This document shows positions 7,609-17,598 of a DNA stretch of 64,000 nucleotides, in pieces; position 1 is the stretch's first letter; each line of letters begins with the position of its first letter. Both the position numbers and the translations under genes were made by a program. Origin of the DNA: a virus; IMG/VR virus record IMGVR_UViG_3300019132_000012, positions 1 through 64,000 of that record. One strand, 5' to 3'. The notes below the pieces were generated by a model. The model had not been told where the DNA came from. It worked only from the letters and a program-made list of their open reading frames with translations, and ran no database searches.

Positions 7609-8157
7609 TTAGTCAGAGCAGGTTGCGGACTCGTCACTGCGTGCGAGCCAATCCTCTTTGTTGTCGCCGAGGCGGCGGTCCATCTGTTCCTCCGTTTCCG
7701 GCCACAGGTGTAAGGCATGCACCATGCGGATGTAGACGTCGTACCAGAACTTGCGATGCGTCGGATCGGAGTGCTTGTAGCCCGCGATCTCGAAGGCGTG
7801 CATCATGTGGGTGTAGTAGTGGAACGGCATGCCGTCGCGGCTGTCCATGAAGTCGCTGACTACAGGCTTCATGGCGCTGACCCAGTCGAAACCTTCCTCG
7901 GTCTGGAGGCGGCCGTTTTCGTCCGTCATGTTCGCCGTGATGCTCGGGCCGGTGAAGGATCCGCCACCTTCGCCATAGGGGTGAAGGATCGGGTATCCCT
8001 CGAACGACGAGATCAGGATCGAGCGCCGGAAGAACCGGATCAACGGCTTCAGCTTATGAAACTTCTCGATGCCGTCAGGGCCTCTGATACCCGAGATGAG
8101 GACGGATTGTTGCATGAGCGGCAGCTCCTGCACCCAATCCTGCAAAACCGATTTCAT
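7609..8157 (-). CDS. Hypothetical protein (182 aa)
   Basis: Long ORF with normal composition in the operon. Confidence 0.65.
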   Translation of the reverse strand: MKSVLQDWVQELPLMQQSVLISGIRGPDGIEKFHKLKPLIRFFRRSILISSFEGYPILHPYGEGGGSFTGPSITANMTDENGRLQTEEGFDWVSAMKPVVSDFMDSRDGMPFHYYTHMMHAFEIAGYKHSDPTHRKFWYDVYIRMVHALHLWPETEEQMDRRLGDNKEDWLARSDESATCSD

Positions 8158-8549
8158 GCAGCTTCTCCTTTTACGTATTTCAGGTCGTCGCGCAGATCCT
8201 CCAGCATGTTGACGACCTCCTTCTGAGTGCGGCCCTTCACATCGTTCCAGTCGAATGGATAGGCGAAGGGCTCGATGTGCCTGGCCAGTGGCCCCGGCCA
8301 GGTCTTGCGCTTGAGCTTCCCGTCCTCCTCATAGACGATTTCGGGTTTGACGAAGCGCTTGTAGGCGGCAGGATCCTCGCGTCCTGCCGCGCGGCGGATC
8401 ACTCCCTCAAGGTCGAGGGAGCGGGCCCGCTCATCGAAGATCGGGACGGGCTTGCCGTCCCGGTCTCGGGCATTCACGCCCTGCGTCCACCGCCCTGGCT
8501 TCGAGAGCCAGAGCAGGCAGCGCTCAACGATCTCCAGATCGCTTCTCAT
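8154..8549 (-). CDS. Hypothetical protein (131 aa)
   Basis: ORF overlaps both neighbours by 4 nt or less. Confidence 0.6.
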   Translation of the reverse strand: MRSDLEIVERCLLWLSKPGRWTQGVNARDRDGKPVPIFDERARSLDLEGVIRRAAGREDPAAYKRFVKPEIVYEEDGKLKRKTWPGPLARHIEPFAYPFDWNDVKGRTQKEVVNMLEDLRDDLKYVKGEAA

Positions 8550-8550
8550 G

Positions 8551-11500
8551 CTACGAGCAGCCGGTCGTCTCGCCGCACGTCATGCACTTGTTGCAGGTGC
8601 CGTTCCTCACGAGCGTGAAGTTCGAGCAATTCGTGCAGGCGTCCCCGGTGTAGCCCTTCAGCTTCGCCTCGGCTCGCGCATCAGGCTTGACAGCTTCCGC
8701 GACGAACTTCGACACCGCTGCAGGCTCCGGAGCGTTGACCACGAGATCAACCTTCACGGGGAAGGGGATCGTCTCGGCGGCCGGAGCCTTGCCTTCCGCC
8801 AGACCGCCGCCGACCGAAGTCGAGAGCGTCTCTGCCGGAACGTGGGCCAGGTCTTCGCGGTCGAGGTAGTTGATTGCGAGATCCCGGAAGACGAAGTCGA
8901 TGATCGACGTCGCGCTCTTCAAGCGGTCGTGGCCCTGGACGAAGCCGGAGGGCTCGAACTTGAAGAAGGTGAACGCATCGACGAACTCATCGAGCGGCAC
9001 GCCGTGCTGCAGGCCGAGGCTCACAGCGATGGCAAACGCATTCATCATCGACCGGAAGGCCGCGCCTTCCTTGTGCATGTCGATGAAGATCTCGCCGAGT
9101 CTGCCATCCGGGTAGTTGCCGGTGCGCAGGTAGACCTTGTGGCCGCCGACGACTGCCTTCTGGGTGTAGCCCATACGCTTGGCCGGGAGCTTCTCACGCT
9201 GCCGCACGAGTTTCTCGACGATCTGCACGACCTGGGCGGTCGGGGTCGCGGCCGGAGCCTCATCCTCGTCCTCCTCATCGTCCTCGACCAGGGCCGCATT
9301 GAGCGGCTGCGAGAGCTTGGAGCCGTCGCGGTAGAGAGCATTGGCCTTCAGCGCCAGCTTCCAGGACAGGAGGTAGGCCTCCTTGATGTCCTCGACGGTG
9401 GCGTTGTTGGGCATGTTGATCGTCTTGGAGATCGCACCCGACAGGAACGGCTGGCAGGCCGCCATCATGCGGATATGTGCCTCGGTCGAGATGAACTGCT
9501 TGCCCTTCTTGCCGCAGGGATTGGCGCAGTTGAACACCGGGTAGTGCTCCGGCTTGAGGTACGGAGCACCCTCGATGGTCATCGTGCCGACGCAGTAGTC
9601 GTTGGCCCGCTCGATCTCTTCCTTGCTGAAGCCCTTTGAGGCCCAGTCGGCCAGGAACGAGATGTCGAAGGCGGTCTCGACCTGTGGCATCACCGTCTTG
9701 AATTCCTCGTCCGACAGTGCGGCGACGAAGGAATCCGGCAGGCGGCGGTGACCCGTCGCATAGCGCACGATCTCGTCGATCTGACCATCAGAATAGCCGA
9801 GGGCTTTCAGTGCCGGAGGCACCGACTGGTTGATGATCTTGAAGTAGCCGCCACCGGCCAGCTTCTTGAGCTTCACCAGCGCGAAGTCCGGCTCGACACC
9901 CGTCGTGTCGCAGTCCATGACGAGGCCGATGGTGCCCGTGGGAGCCAGGACCGTCGTCTGGGCATTGCGGTAGCCGTACTCCTCCCCCAGGGCCAGAGCG
10001 CGATCCCATGCCTCTTCCGCGTGGTCGGAGAGGTCGGAATAGGCTTCCGGGATGCCGTCGTGATCGAGCGGAACCGGCTTGATCGAGAGACCGACATAGC
10101 CGTCTTTCCAGCCGTAGGCGGCCTCGCGGTGGTTGCTGATCACCCGGAGCATCGACTCTCGGTTCTCCGCGAATTTCGGGAACGGTCCCAGCTCCCGTGC
10201 CATCTCGGCCGACGTGGCATAAGCCGTGCCGGTCATGATCGCAGTGAGAGCCCCGGCGATGGCGCGGCCCTCGCGGCTGTCATAGGGGATGCCCATGGTC
10301 ATCAGCAGGCCGCCGATGTTGGCATAACCCAGACCCAGAGTCCGGTAGTCATAGGACAGCTGTGCGATCTTCTCGGACGGGAACTGCGCCATGTAAACCG
10401 AGATCTCCAGGACGATGGTCCAGAGGCGGTTGACATGGATATAGCCCTCGACGTCGAACTCCTTCGTGTCCTTGTCGTAGAACTTCAGCAGGTTCGAGGA
10501 CGCCAGGTTGCAGGCCGTATCGTCGAGGAACATGTACTCGGAGCAGGGGTTGGAGCCCCGGATCCGGCCACCGGCAGGGCAGGTGTGCCAGTCGTTCATC
10601 GTCGTATTGAAGTGCAGGCCAGGATCGGCCGACTGCCAGGCGGCATAGGCGATCTTGTCCCACAGGGCGCGGGCCTTGACGGTCTTCGTGAACGACTTGT
10701 CGACGCGGCCGGTCAGCGTCCAGTCCTCGTCGTTCTCGACGGCCTTGAGGAAGGCGTCGGTGAGAGACACGGAGTTGTTGCTGTTCTGGCCGGATACCGT
10801 CTCGTAAGCCTTCGACTGCCAGTCGGTGTCGTAGACCTCCGTGGTGAAGGGCTGGCCCTGCTCAGCCAGCATGATGACGCGCTGGATGTAGTTCTCCGGG
10901 ATCATGGCCTTCTTGGCAGCCTTGATCGCCTTCTTGAGTTCTTTCCCGGTCTCGTAGGCAGGCCATTCCGGGTTGTTGGCCGCGACTGCCGCGTCATAGA
11001 CATTCGCCAGATGCTTCGCCATGATCTTGGAGCCGGTCACGAGCGCCGCGACCTTCTGCTCCTCGATCACCTTCCAATCGATGAAGGCCTCGACGTCGGG
11101 GTGGTCGATGTCGACGATCACCATCTTCGCCGCACGGCGCGTCGTACCGCCCGACTTGATCGCGCCAGCGGCGCGGTCGCCGATCTTCAGGAACGAGAGC
11201 AAGCCCGATGACTTGCCGCCGCCCGAGAGACGCTCACCTTCGCCTCGGATGTCGGAGAAGTTGGAGCCGGTGCCGGAGCCGTACTTGAACAGGCGAGCCT
11301 CGTTCGTCCAGAGGTCCATGATGCCACCAGGATTGACCAGGTCATCGCCGACCGACTGGATGAAGCAGGCATGCGGCTGCGGACGCTCGTAGGCCGAGGT
11401 CGAGCGGACCACCATCTGCTTGGCTTCGTCGTAGTAGAAGTGACCCTGGGCGGGGCCGTCGATGCCGTAGGCCCAGTGCAGGCCGGTGTTGAACCATTGC

Positions 11501-11964
11501 GGGGAGTTCGGCGCCACCATCTGGTTGGCGAGCATAAACCGCAGCTCGTCGAAGAAGGCGCGGGCCTGATCTTCAGCGATGCGTGCATCCTTATCGGGAT
11601 TGGCGAAATACCCGCCCTTCCAGCCCCAGTATGTCCAGGCCCCGGCCAGGCGGTCGAACACCTGCTTGGCGGACATCTCGGGTCCGGTGAACACGCCCTC
11701 GACGGCGGCAACGGAGCGTTGCAGCCATTCCGGCACCCCTTCCTCGGCGACCTTGCGCAGCTCGGCTGGGACACCGGCCTTGCGGAAATACTTCTGAGCC
11801 AGAACGTCGGTGGCCACCTGCGACCAGTTCGCGGGCACCTCGATGTTCTCCATCTTGAAAACCGAGGATCCGTCCGTGTTACGGATCTCGGACGTGGCCA
11901 TCTTCCAATCCAGCAGCTCGTAGGGGTCGCGGCCCGCGATGGTATAGCGGCGTTCAATCTTCAC
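8551..11964 (-). CDS. nrdJ: Class II (adenosylcobalamin-dependent) ribonucleotide reductase
   Basis: 1137 aa. Blocks such as [25 protein letters not shown] and the C-terminal Cys-rich tail [28 protein letters not shown] are typical of monomeric NrdJ. Confidence 0.9.
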   Translation of the reverse strand: MKIERRYTIAGRDPYELLDWKMATSEIRNTDGSSVFKMENIEVPANWSQVATDVLAQKYFRKAGVPAELRKVAEEGVPEWLQRSVAAVEGVFTGPEMSAKQVFDRLAGAWTYWGWKGGYFANPDKDARIAEDQARAFFDELRFMLANQMVAPNSPQWFNTGLHWAYGIDGPAQGHFYYDEAKQMVVRSTSAYERPQPHACFIQSVGDDLVNPGGIMDLWTNEARLFKYGSGTGSNFSDIRGEGERLSGGGKSSGLLSFLKIGDRAAGAIKSGGTTRRAAKMVIVDIDHPDVEAFIDWKVIEEQKVAALVTGSKIMAKHLANVYDAAVAANNPEWPAYETGKELKKAIKAAKKAMIPENYIQRVIMLAEQGQPFTTEVYDTDWQSKAYETVSGQNSNNSVSLTDAFLKAVENDEDWTLTGRVDKSFTKTVKARALWDKIAYAAWQSADPGLHFNTTMNDWHTCPAGGRIRGSNPCSEYMFLDDTACNLASSNLLKFYDKDTKEFDVEGYIHVNRLWTIVLEISVYMAQFPSEKIAQLSYDYRTLGLGYANIGGLLMTMGIPYDSREGRAIAGALTAIMTGTAYATSAEMARELGPFPKFAENRESMLRVISNHREAAYGWKDGYVGLSIKPVPLDHDGIPEAYSDLSDHAEEAWDRALALGEEYGYRNAQTTVLAPTGTIGLVMDCDTTGVEPDFALVKLKKLAGGGYFKIINQSVPPALKALGYSDGQIDEIVRYATGHRRLPDSFVAALSDEEFKTVMPQVETAFDISFLADWASKGFSKEEIERANDYCVGTMTIEGAPYLKPEHYPVFNCANPCGKKGKQFISTEAHIRMMAACQPFLSGAISKTINMPNNATVEDIKEAYLLSWKLALKANALYRDGSKLSQPLNAALVEDDEEDEDEAPAATPTAQVVQIVEKLVRQREKLPAKRMGYTQKAVVGGHKVYLRTGNYPDGRLGEIFIDMHKEGAAFRSMMNAFAIAVSLGLQHGVPLDEFVDAFTFFKFEPSGFVQGHDRLKSATSIIDFVFRDLAINYLDREDLAHVPAETLSTSVGGGLAEGKAPAAETIPFPVKVDLVVNAPEPAAVSKFVAEAVKPDARAEAKLKGYTGDACTNCSNFTLVRNGTCNKCMTCGETTGCS

Positions 11965-12008
11965 GATTGACTTCTCCTTGTCAGTGGGTGGGAAAGGAAA
12001 GGCCCCGG

Positions 12009-12329
12009 TTAGGGGGCCTCTGGATGGTCGTTCTCGTCGCCTGGATCTCCCGTTCGGAAGGAGGCTTTGTCGGCGGGGTCGTGCCCCGGCATCCAGGATT
12101 CGACGTGATAGGAATTGCCGCTGCGGGTGAGATAGAGGTTCTCGCCGAGCACTTCCTTGATGGGGCTGGTGGCGACGCGGGTTCCGTCCGGCCAGCGCCG
12201 CTGCTCGTCGCTGTGGATCGAGCCGACCAGGAACTGGTTGCCGCCTGGCGTTTCCATGACACCGGCCTGCTTGAGGATCCCGGTCACGGTGATGAAGACG
12301 CCGTCGTTGTTCTGTGCCGTTTCGGTCAT
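12009..12329 (-). CDS. Hypothetical protein (106 aa)
   Basis: ORF in the operon; ATGA-type overlap with the upstream gene. Confidence 0.55.
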   Translation of the reverse strand: MTETAQNNDGVFITVTGILKQAGVMETPGGNQFLVGSIHSDEQRRWPDGTRVATSPIKEVLGENLYLTRSGNSYHVESWMPGHDPADKASFRTGDPGDENDHPEAP

Positions 12330-12730
12330 GCGGCCTCCTGGAGCTGGGGCGTCAGGCGCTGGACGCGGCGGGCAGCGCGTTCGCGCTCCTTCTTTCCGGG
12401 GCCGTCATAGGTCTTGCCATAGACCTGGAGATGCGCCCGCTTGATCGGAACGAAGCGCACCGGATGCCGCTGGATCTCGGCGAGCAGCTCGTTGAAGCGC
12501 TCGTTGTCTCCGGCGTCATGCGCCTCGCGCATCTGTTTGGTGAGGCTGTTGATGGCCTCACGTTCGACGGCGGCGATGCAGTTCTTGGCGTGAATGGCGG
12601 AACCGGCCCGCTCGAAGCGGTACTTCGGATGCTTGGGTGGCTGCGTCGCCCGACGCTGGTTCTGGGCGGCCACCTGCATGGCGGCCTTGATGAGTCCTTC
12701 GGTCGTCTTGTTGAACGCTCTCGTATCCAC
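12326..12730 (-). CDS. Hypothetical protein (134 aa, GTG start)
   Basis: GTG preceded by AAGGGGA at about 9 nt. Protein-like composition throughout. Confidence 0.55.
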   Translation of the reverse strand: MDTRAFNKTTEGLIKAAMQVAAQNQRRATQPPKHPKYRFERAGSAIHAKNCIAAVEREAINSLTKQMREAHDAGDNERFNELLAEIQRHPVRFVPIKRAHLQVYGKTYDGPGKKERERAARRVQRLTPQLQEAA

Positions 12731-12944
12731 TGGTGATGATCCCCTTTATCTTGCGCCGGATCTGCTGCCGCACGAAGTTGTTGACGTAGAGTTTGTGAGT
12801 AAAAGGTATGTCGTGCCAGAGGCCCGCGTACCTGAACTTGATTATGCTGTGTTTACTTCTGTGTCCGAACTGGTAATCCTCGATTTCACCTCTTGCGACC
12901 AGTTCATCTGCTTCCTTTTTTATTTCGCGTTCGTGTCTTTGCAT
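12558..12944 (-). CDS. Hypothetical protein; only the low-GC 5' half looks genuine, 3' end uncertain
   Basis: MQRHEREIKKEADELVARGEIEDYQFGHRSKHSIIKFRYAGLWHDIPFTHKLYVNNFVRQQIRRKIKG is AT-rich and plausible. The frame then runs about 170 nt into the next gene as Arg-rich sequence without a stop. Confidence 0.35.
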   Translation of the reverse strand: MQRHEREIKKEADELVARGEIEDYQFGHRSKHSIIKFRYAGLWHDIPFTHKLYVNNFVRQQIRRKIKGIITSGYESVQQDDRRTHQGRHAGGRPEPASGDAATQASEVPLRAGRFRHSRQELHRRRRT

Positions 12945-13419
12945 CTTTGGGCTTCTTCGGAAACGGCCGTTTCGGCCATGATTTCTTGCGTTTAGCCCCT
13001 GTTGCTGGCGGTTCTTCTCCGGTGGCTTTCGCCAGGAGCTTCCGCCTGAAGTCCTCTTCTTTCTTGGCGAGACGCTTGGTTCGGGCGATCTGCGGAACGT
13101 CGCCGTCGCGCGTGTCGCTGAACTTGCTTTCCCCTTTGCGGCCGGTGGTTTTGACCAAGTGGCAGACCTTGTGCTTGGCCTCGATGAACTCGGGGTCGTT
13201 GGCCTGCGGCGCCGTGTCCTTGATCTCCTCACACCAGATGCGCAGCTGCAGCGCGGGCACATGGTCGAACTGGGTGTCCTTCAGTTGACCGAGGCGCTCG
13301 CCGCATGCTTTGCACTTGCCCTCCTGCCTGATCACCACATCGAGCTTCACTGTCGTGGGGATGCTCGGTCTGTAACCGGCAGGAGGGCCCGAAACCTGCT
13401 CTCTGAATTCCATTTGCAT
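12904..13419 (-). CDS. HNH endonuclease
   Basis: CKACGERL...FDHVPALQLR...HKVCH is an HNH/zinc-hook pattern. Lys-rich C-terminus. Confidence 0.7.
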   Translation of the reverse strand: MQMEFREQVSGPPAGYRPSIPTTVKLDVVIRQEGKCKACGERLGQLKDTQFDHVPALQLRIWCEEIKDTAPQANDPEFIEAKHKVCHLVKTTGRKGESKFSDTRDGDVPQIARTKRLAKKEEDFRRKLLAKATGEEPPATGAKRKKSWPKRPFPKKPKDAKTRTRNKKGSR

Positions 13420-13465
13420 TGACTAATTGAATTCGTGCAAATGGTCAAGCGAGATCATGCAAATT
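13412..13465 (-). promoter_or_regulatory. Intergenic motif cluster
   Basis: atttgcat..aattgaattcgtgcaaatgg..atgcaaatt. The HNH start codon lies inside ATGCAAATGG. Confidence 0.45.
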
Positions 13466-13466
13466 G

Positions 13467-13616
13467 TCAGAGGAAAGTTGCACTCCACACAAGAAGGGCG
13501 GCCCCGATGAACAGAGTCGCCACAAAAAGGTAGAAAGGGACAGGGGAACAGGCTGGATTGTGAGGATCATCCCAACAGGATCGGGACATAAGCTCCTCCA
13601 CATAGAGATGGATCAT
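13467..13616 (-). CDS. Small membrane protein (49 aa)
   Basis: MIHLYVEEL...PVPFYLFVATLFIGAALLVWSATFL. ATGA coupling to the upstream gene. Confidence 0.45.
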   Translation of the reverse strand: MIHLYVEELMSRSCWDDPHNPACSPVPFYLFVATLFIGAALLVWSATFL

Positions 13617-13840
13617 GCACTTCGCTTCCTTTCGATGGCTTGGCGCCAGGCCTTGCGACCGGCATCGGTAAGGGTGCCGCACGGCAGCATCGCTCCCTTG
13701 CGCTTGAGGGCGTCACTGACGATGCGATCCCGGCCGTTCTCAGGCACGAAGCCGATGTTCCAGCCAGCGCGACACATCCAGTAATCCTGCGTATGAATAC
13801 AGCCGTCGATGAGACGGATCTGAGCCTTCGTCAGTCTCAT
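13613..13840 (-). CDS. Hypothetical protein (75 aa)
   Basis: Internal start MRLTKAQIRL, coupled to the upstream gene. Confidence 0.5.
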   Translation of the reverse strand: MRLTKAQIRLIDGCIHTQDYWMCRAGWNIGFVPENGRDRIVSDALKRKGAMLPCGTLTDAGRKAWRQAIERKRSA

Positions 13841-14301
13841 GCTGCCTCCTTGTACCGGGCTTCGGCCTTGGCCTCGTTGATCCAATCCTCGACGGTGGAG
13901 CCGGGAACGATCCTTGTGGTGATGATCGTCATGGCCTGGTCGAAATATCGATTGAACTCGTCTTCTTCCATGTTGTCGAAGGCGATGGAGTCCGGGATCA
14001 GCCGGATGTCGCCGTCGAGCGTGATCATCGACCGCGTCACGCCGCAAGCCGTCAGCAGCAGCTCGTGCAGGCCGCGTTCCGTCGCCCACAGCTCGGTGTT
14101 CTTCATCACCTGCCGGACCACCGACCAGTATAGGCGGTGCTTGGGAAGGGAGCGGGCCTGCTTGAACATGACCAGGACTTGATCGCCCTTCTTGAATCTC
14201 TCCTGGATCCTCTCAAGATCGATGTTGGCGTAGGGCCACATGGCCTCGCCATCCCACTCCATCAGGGTCCACTTGTGCTTTGTGCTTCCTTGCTTGCTCA
14301 T
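13837..14301 (-). CDS. NinB/Orf-family (DUF1367-like) recombination mediator
   Basis: KQARSLPKHRLYWSVVRQV and SIAFDNMEEDEFNRYFDQ parallel lambda Orf RSLDQNRKLWACLGDV and STSRMRVGEFAELLE. Sits next to the annealing-protein/exonuclease pair. Confidence 0.5.
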   Translation of the reverse strand: MSKQGSTKHKWTLMEWDGEAMWPYANIDLERIQERFKKGDQVLVMFKQARSLPKHRLYWSVVRQVMKNTELWATERGLHELLLTACGVTRSMITLDGDIRLIPDSIAFDNMEEDEFNRYFDQAMTIITTRIVPGSTVEDWINEAKAEARYKEAA

Positions 14302-14309
14302 GTGTCACC

Positions 14310-14600
14310 TCAGATCGCGGCGCGGCGCTTGGGCTTTGCCTTTTTCTTGGGTTCGGGCTTCGGGAGAGGGGGAAGCTCGCCGAGGGCGGCGATCTTCGCC
14401 TTGCTGGCCGCGATGAGCGTCTGCTCGTGCTCGTCGGTCAGCTCGCTGGCAATCCGGTTCTTGGTCTCGGCGCTCCACCAGTCGCGCAGTTCCTGCGGAT
14501 GCGTGGCCGCCTCGATGGCAATGAGCGCAAGCCAGACATAGGCGTCGGCCGCGCTCTTGAATCTGTCGCCATTGGTGAATTGGAAGGAGGGCAGAATCAT
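14310..14600 (-). CDS. Hypothetical protein (96 aa)
   Basis: ORF with ATGA coupling. Confidence 0.5.
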   Translation of the reverse strand: MILPSFQFTNGDRFKSAADAYVWLALIAIEAATHPQELRDWWSAETKNRIASELTDEHEQTLIAASKAKIAALGELPPLPKPEPKKKAKPKRRAAI

Positions 14601-14896
14601 GCCGCCCTCTCCGTGGGTTCGACCTCGACCCAGCCGGTACCGTTCCAGCGCACCAGGGTGCGTTTGCTCCCCCGGTTGATCACCAGGACCGGCGATGCGG
14701 CGGTCAGCTGTCGCCAGTGATCGTCGACCGCGCCATACGGATTGGTGTCCCGACCCTGCGGGACGAGTTCATCCTCGCCGTCCAGGATCAGGACATTCTC
14801 GTGATGGACGCGCCAATCGAAGGGCTTCTCCAGGTAGATCGACATGAATCCGATGGCCTGGAGAGCCTGATACCTGCCGTCCCAGGTCAGCATCAT
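14597..14896 (-). CDS. Hypothetical protein (99 aa)
   Basis: ORF with 4-nt overlaps on both sides. Confidence 0.5.
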   Translation of the reverse strand: MMLTWDGRYQALQAIGFMSIYLEKPFDWRVHHENVLILDGEDELVPQGRDTNPYGAVDDHWRQLTAASPVLVINRGSKRTLVRWNGTGWVEVEPTERAA

Positions 14897-15618
14897 CCGG
14901 CTGCCTTCTTGGTCGGCCAGCCGAGTTCGGTCAGCCGCGCCTTGGCAAAGTCGCGGATCTCATCGCGGACGCCTTCCGGCAGATCGGCGAGCGTCCGCTG
15001 TGTGTCTGCATGCAACATCAGATCGGTGACGGCGTTGATGGTCTTCGCCTTCTTGATCTTGTCCTTCAGATCCTTCTCGATGGTCTGACGGTCGAGATTC
15101 GCGTTGTCGACCGGATCGTCCTTCAGCTTCGAGCGCTCCATCTCGACGACGTTGTCGCTGCGGGACTCGCCGCGCGATACGGTGCGCTGCACGCCCTCGT
15201 CGCTGCCGCGACCCTGCTTGAACTCGTCGGCCTCCTCGTCAGAGTAGACGTCGCCGTGCAGGTCCGCCAACTTGAGGATCACCCGGTCCTTGGCCCGCTT
15301 CTCGGCCATGGCCCAGACGTAGGCGGCCTGCTTGCCGGAGACACGGTAGTTGACGCCGATCACCGCTTCGCCGATGGACCATTCCATGCGGTCACCGACG
15401 CGGCCGATCACCTGGATCACCGCCTCGTCGCGCTCGGCGCGGATGATCTTGGGCTCGTCCCAGACGACCTTGAGGGCTGCGCCCAGCCGCTCGATGGCCT
15501 TGTGGTAGACGACCGGCGTGCCCTGGACCTCCCAGATGCTGTCGCGGTCGAGATCGACGCCGTGCTTGTCGAAGACGGCGTAGATCGCGTCCAGTTTCTC
15601 TCGCCTGCTCTTTGCCAT
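14893..15618 (-). CDS. Putative single-strand annealing protein (Rad52/ERF-like)
   Basis: SIGEAVIG...GKQAAYVWAMAEKRAKDRVILKL resembles the Rad52-like GEA...KRA helix. Lies directly downstream of the YqaJ exonuclease. AAGGAGG RBS. Confidence 0.5.
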   Translation of the reverse strand: MAKSRREKLDAIYAVFDKHGVDLDRDSIWEVQGTPVVYHKAIERLGAALKVVWDEPKIIRAERDEAVIQVIGRVGDRMEWSIGEAVIGVNYRVSGKQAAYVWAMAEKRAKDRVILKLADLHGDVYSDEEADEFKQGRGSDEGVQRTVSRGESRSDNVVEMERSKLKDDPVDNANLDRQTIEKDLKDKIKKAKTINAVTDLMLHADTQRTLADLPEGVRDEIRDFAKARLTELGWPTKKAAG

Positions 15619-15628
15619 TCAAACCTCC

Positions 15629-16519
15629 TTATGCCGCGAGTGCGGCCTGCTTTGCGGCTTCCTCGCGGACAGCCTGTTCCATTGCCTTCTTGTCCACCGT
15701 CAGCTTGAGCTTGTTGTCTTTGGTCCGGCTGATCTTGACGCCCCGGCCAGATGCCTCCTTGGCGTCGTCCGGCATGAGCTTCTTGATGTCCTTCTCGGCC
15801 TTCTTGAATTGGTCGGCCGCCGACTTCGAGATCAGGATCGTCTGAGCGAGATCGACCCACTCGTTGTTCGTCGCCATGTCGACGACCTTCATCTCCTCGA
15901 ACTTCGGGAGATCGGCCTTCACCTCTGGATTGCCGGGAAGGTCGCCGCTCTGCACCGCGTCCCAGAAGTCGCGCTCGGCCTGGAGCAGCTTGACCTGATA
16001 GAAGACGTCGGCGTTCAGCTTGACGTTCACGTACTGCGCGGCGCCGGTCAGGACCGACAGCCAGGCGTGATCCATCTGATTGACCAGCATGTTGTGCTGG
16101 ATCTGCGGCCAATACTTCTCGATGGCCTTCTCCAGCGACCAGTGGAACGGCATCATGAACTTGGCTTCGAGAAGCCCGAGCGCCGGTCCGGTTTCCGTCT
16201 CGCGGACGATGCCGTCGAGGGTGGAATGGATGAACGAGAACTCGGGGTGGAACACCTTGCGTTGCTCGTCCGTGACCACGAAGCCGGTCTGGTCCTCGAA
16301 CAGGTCGAGGTTGAGCGGCTCGGTCAGGTTGCCGAGATTGATGAGGATGATCTCGGACAGATCCTCCAGATCGGCCTCGCCGCGTTTTTCCATCCACAGC
16401 TGTTCGATGGCTTTCTGATCGCCGGACATGATGATCTTGGCATCCGACCCGCCAATCGAGAACATCCGCGTCTTGCGGTCCTCGTCGCTCATCTGGATGT
16501 GTCGGGTCCGTTTGCGCAT
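15629..16519 (-). CDS. YqaJ/lambda-Exo-like viral recombinase exonuclease
   Basis: IGGSDAKIIMSG..., STLDGIV, LLEAKF match the PD-(D/E)xK YqaJ signature. Confidence 0.75.
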   Translation of the reverse strand: MRKRTRHIQMSDEDRKTRMFSIGGSDAKIIMSGDQKAIEQLWMEKRGEADLEDLSEIILINLGNLTEPLNLDLFEDQTGFVVTDEQRKVFHPEFSFIHSTLDGIVRETETGPALGLLEAKFMMPFHWSLEKAIEKYWPQIQHNMLVNQMDHAWLSVLTGAAQYVNVKLNADVFYQVKLLQAERDFWDAVQSGDLPGNPEVKADLPKFEEMKVVDMATNNEWVDLAQTILISKSAADQFKKAEKDIKKLMPDDAKEASGRGVKISRTKDNKLKLTVDKKAMEQAVREEAAKQAALAA

Positions 16520-16542
16520 CACTGTCTCCGTTTGTTTGTTTA

Positions 16543-16557
16543 GCTTGAATTCGTGCC
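16543..16557 (-). promoter_or_regulatory. Motif copy
   Basis: gcttgaattcgtgcc, about 20 nt upstream of the exonuclease start. Confidence 0.4.
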
Positions 16558-16684
16558 AACATCAAGAGAAAAGGCGCCCCGAAGGACGCCTTTTTCCCGT
16601 TCACCCGCGAACACTCACATTCCGATGCTACGCTGCACACCCGTGGCCCATCCCGAGGGCCTCATCGGAAGAGAATTGTCCTTT

Positions 16685-16723
16685 AGCATTTGCATTTGCG
16701 CCTGTCAAGCGCAATGCAAACGG
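16685..16723 (-). promoter_or_regulatory. Motif cluster
   Basis: agcatttgcatttgcgcctgtcaagcgcaatgcaaacgg (ATTTGC x2 plus inverted ATGCAAA). Confidence 0.4.
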
Positions 16724-16873
16724 TCAGATCTTGTGTTCGCGGCGCAGTTTCTGGATCGTCTCCAAGATCAGGCGGGCGCTGTGCTCGGCCTGAAGGCGAT
16801 CCTCGTGCGCCCGCTCCAGCTTGATCCGAAGATGCTTCAGAAGCTCCTCAGCTTCTTCCTTGCTCAATGTCAT
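16724..16873 (-). CDS. Small coiled-coil protein (49 aa), translationally coupled
   Basis: MTLSKEEAEELLKHLRIKLERAHEDRLQAEHSARLILETIQKLRREHKI. ATGA overlap with the dnaQ-like stop. Below the track cutoff. Confidence 0.45.
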   Translation of the reverse strand: MTLSKEEAEELLKHLRIKLERAHEDRLQAEHSARLILETIQKLRREHKI

Positions 16874-17598
16874 GCTGCCTCCTCCTTGGGCTTGGTCGCC
16901 CAGACATCCATCTCCACAGGCTTGCGACCCAGGTACTCGGCCCAGATCGAGTCCTTGCCTAGGCTTGCGACGAAGAAGGTGTGATCGATCTGTTCTTCCG
17001 GTGTAATCCGGGAGATGAAGGTACGAGGGCCGTAATCGGGTTTCTCGTATTCCTTCTTCGTATCGACGGCGACCAACTCCATCATGTGCTGACGGCCGCC
17101 GAGCAGCTCGACATAGATGTCGGCCAGGATCTGCGAGTCGAGCAGAGCGCCGTGGAGTTCGCGCTCCGTCCTGATCCCGTACTCCTTGATGAGCGCATCG
17201 AGGCTGTTCTTTCGTCCCGGCCGTGCCTGCCTGGCGAGGACCAGCGTATCGATGATCTCGTTCGAGAGGGGCGGGAGGTCGAGGCGGGCCAGCTCGGCGT
17301 TGATCATGCGGACGTCGAACGAGGCGTTGTGCGCCACGAGCGGTGCCTCGCCGATGAAGGCGAGGAACTTGTTGACGATCCGCTTGAACACCGGCTTGGT
17401 CTTGAGGAAGTCGTAGGTGAGGCCGTGGATCTTCACGGCCTCCTTCGGCACCTCGATGGTCGGATTGATGTAGACGTGAAACGTCTTGCCGGTCGGCATC
17501 CGATCCTGCAGCTCGACGCAGCCGATTTCGACGATCCGGTCCTCGGTCGATGTGCCGGTCGTCTCCGTGTCGAGAACGATTTCCCGCATTTGGCTCAA
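16870..17598 (-). CDS. dnaQ: DnaQ/epsilon-like 3'-5' exonuclease (DEDDh)
   Basis: IVLDTETTG (Exo I), LVAHNASFD (Exo II), HGALLDSQILADIY (Exo III). Confidence 0.85.
   Translation of the reverse strand: MSQMREIVLDTETTGTSTEDRIVEIGCVELQDRMPTGKTFHVYINPTIEVPKEAVKIHGLTYDFLKTKPVFKRIVNKFLAFIGEAPLVAHNASFDVRMINAELARLDLPPLSNEIIDTLVLARQARPGRKNSLDALIKEYGIRTERELHGALLDSQILADIYVELLGGRQHMMELVAVDTKKEYEKPDYGPRTFISRITPEEQIDHTFFVASLGKDSIWAEYLGRKPVEMDVWATKPKEEAA

Noticed and set aside
8452-11970. Long plus-strand ORFs (8452..9639, 9748..11211, 11371..11970) opposite nrdJ
   Set aside because: They lie antisense to a gene with unmistakable RNR motifs. Their translations are Arg/Gly/Asp/His/Leu-rich low-complexity sequence, typical of shadow ORFs in high-GC DNA.
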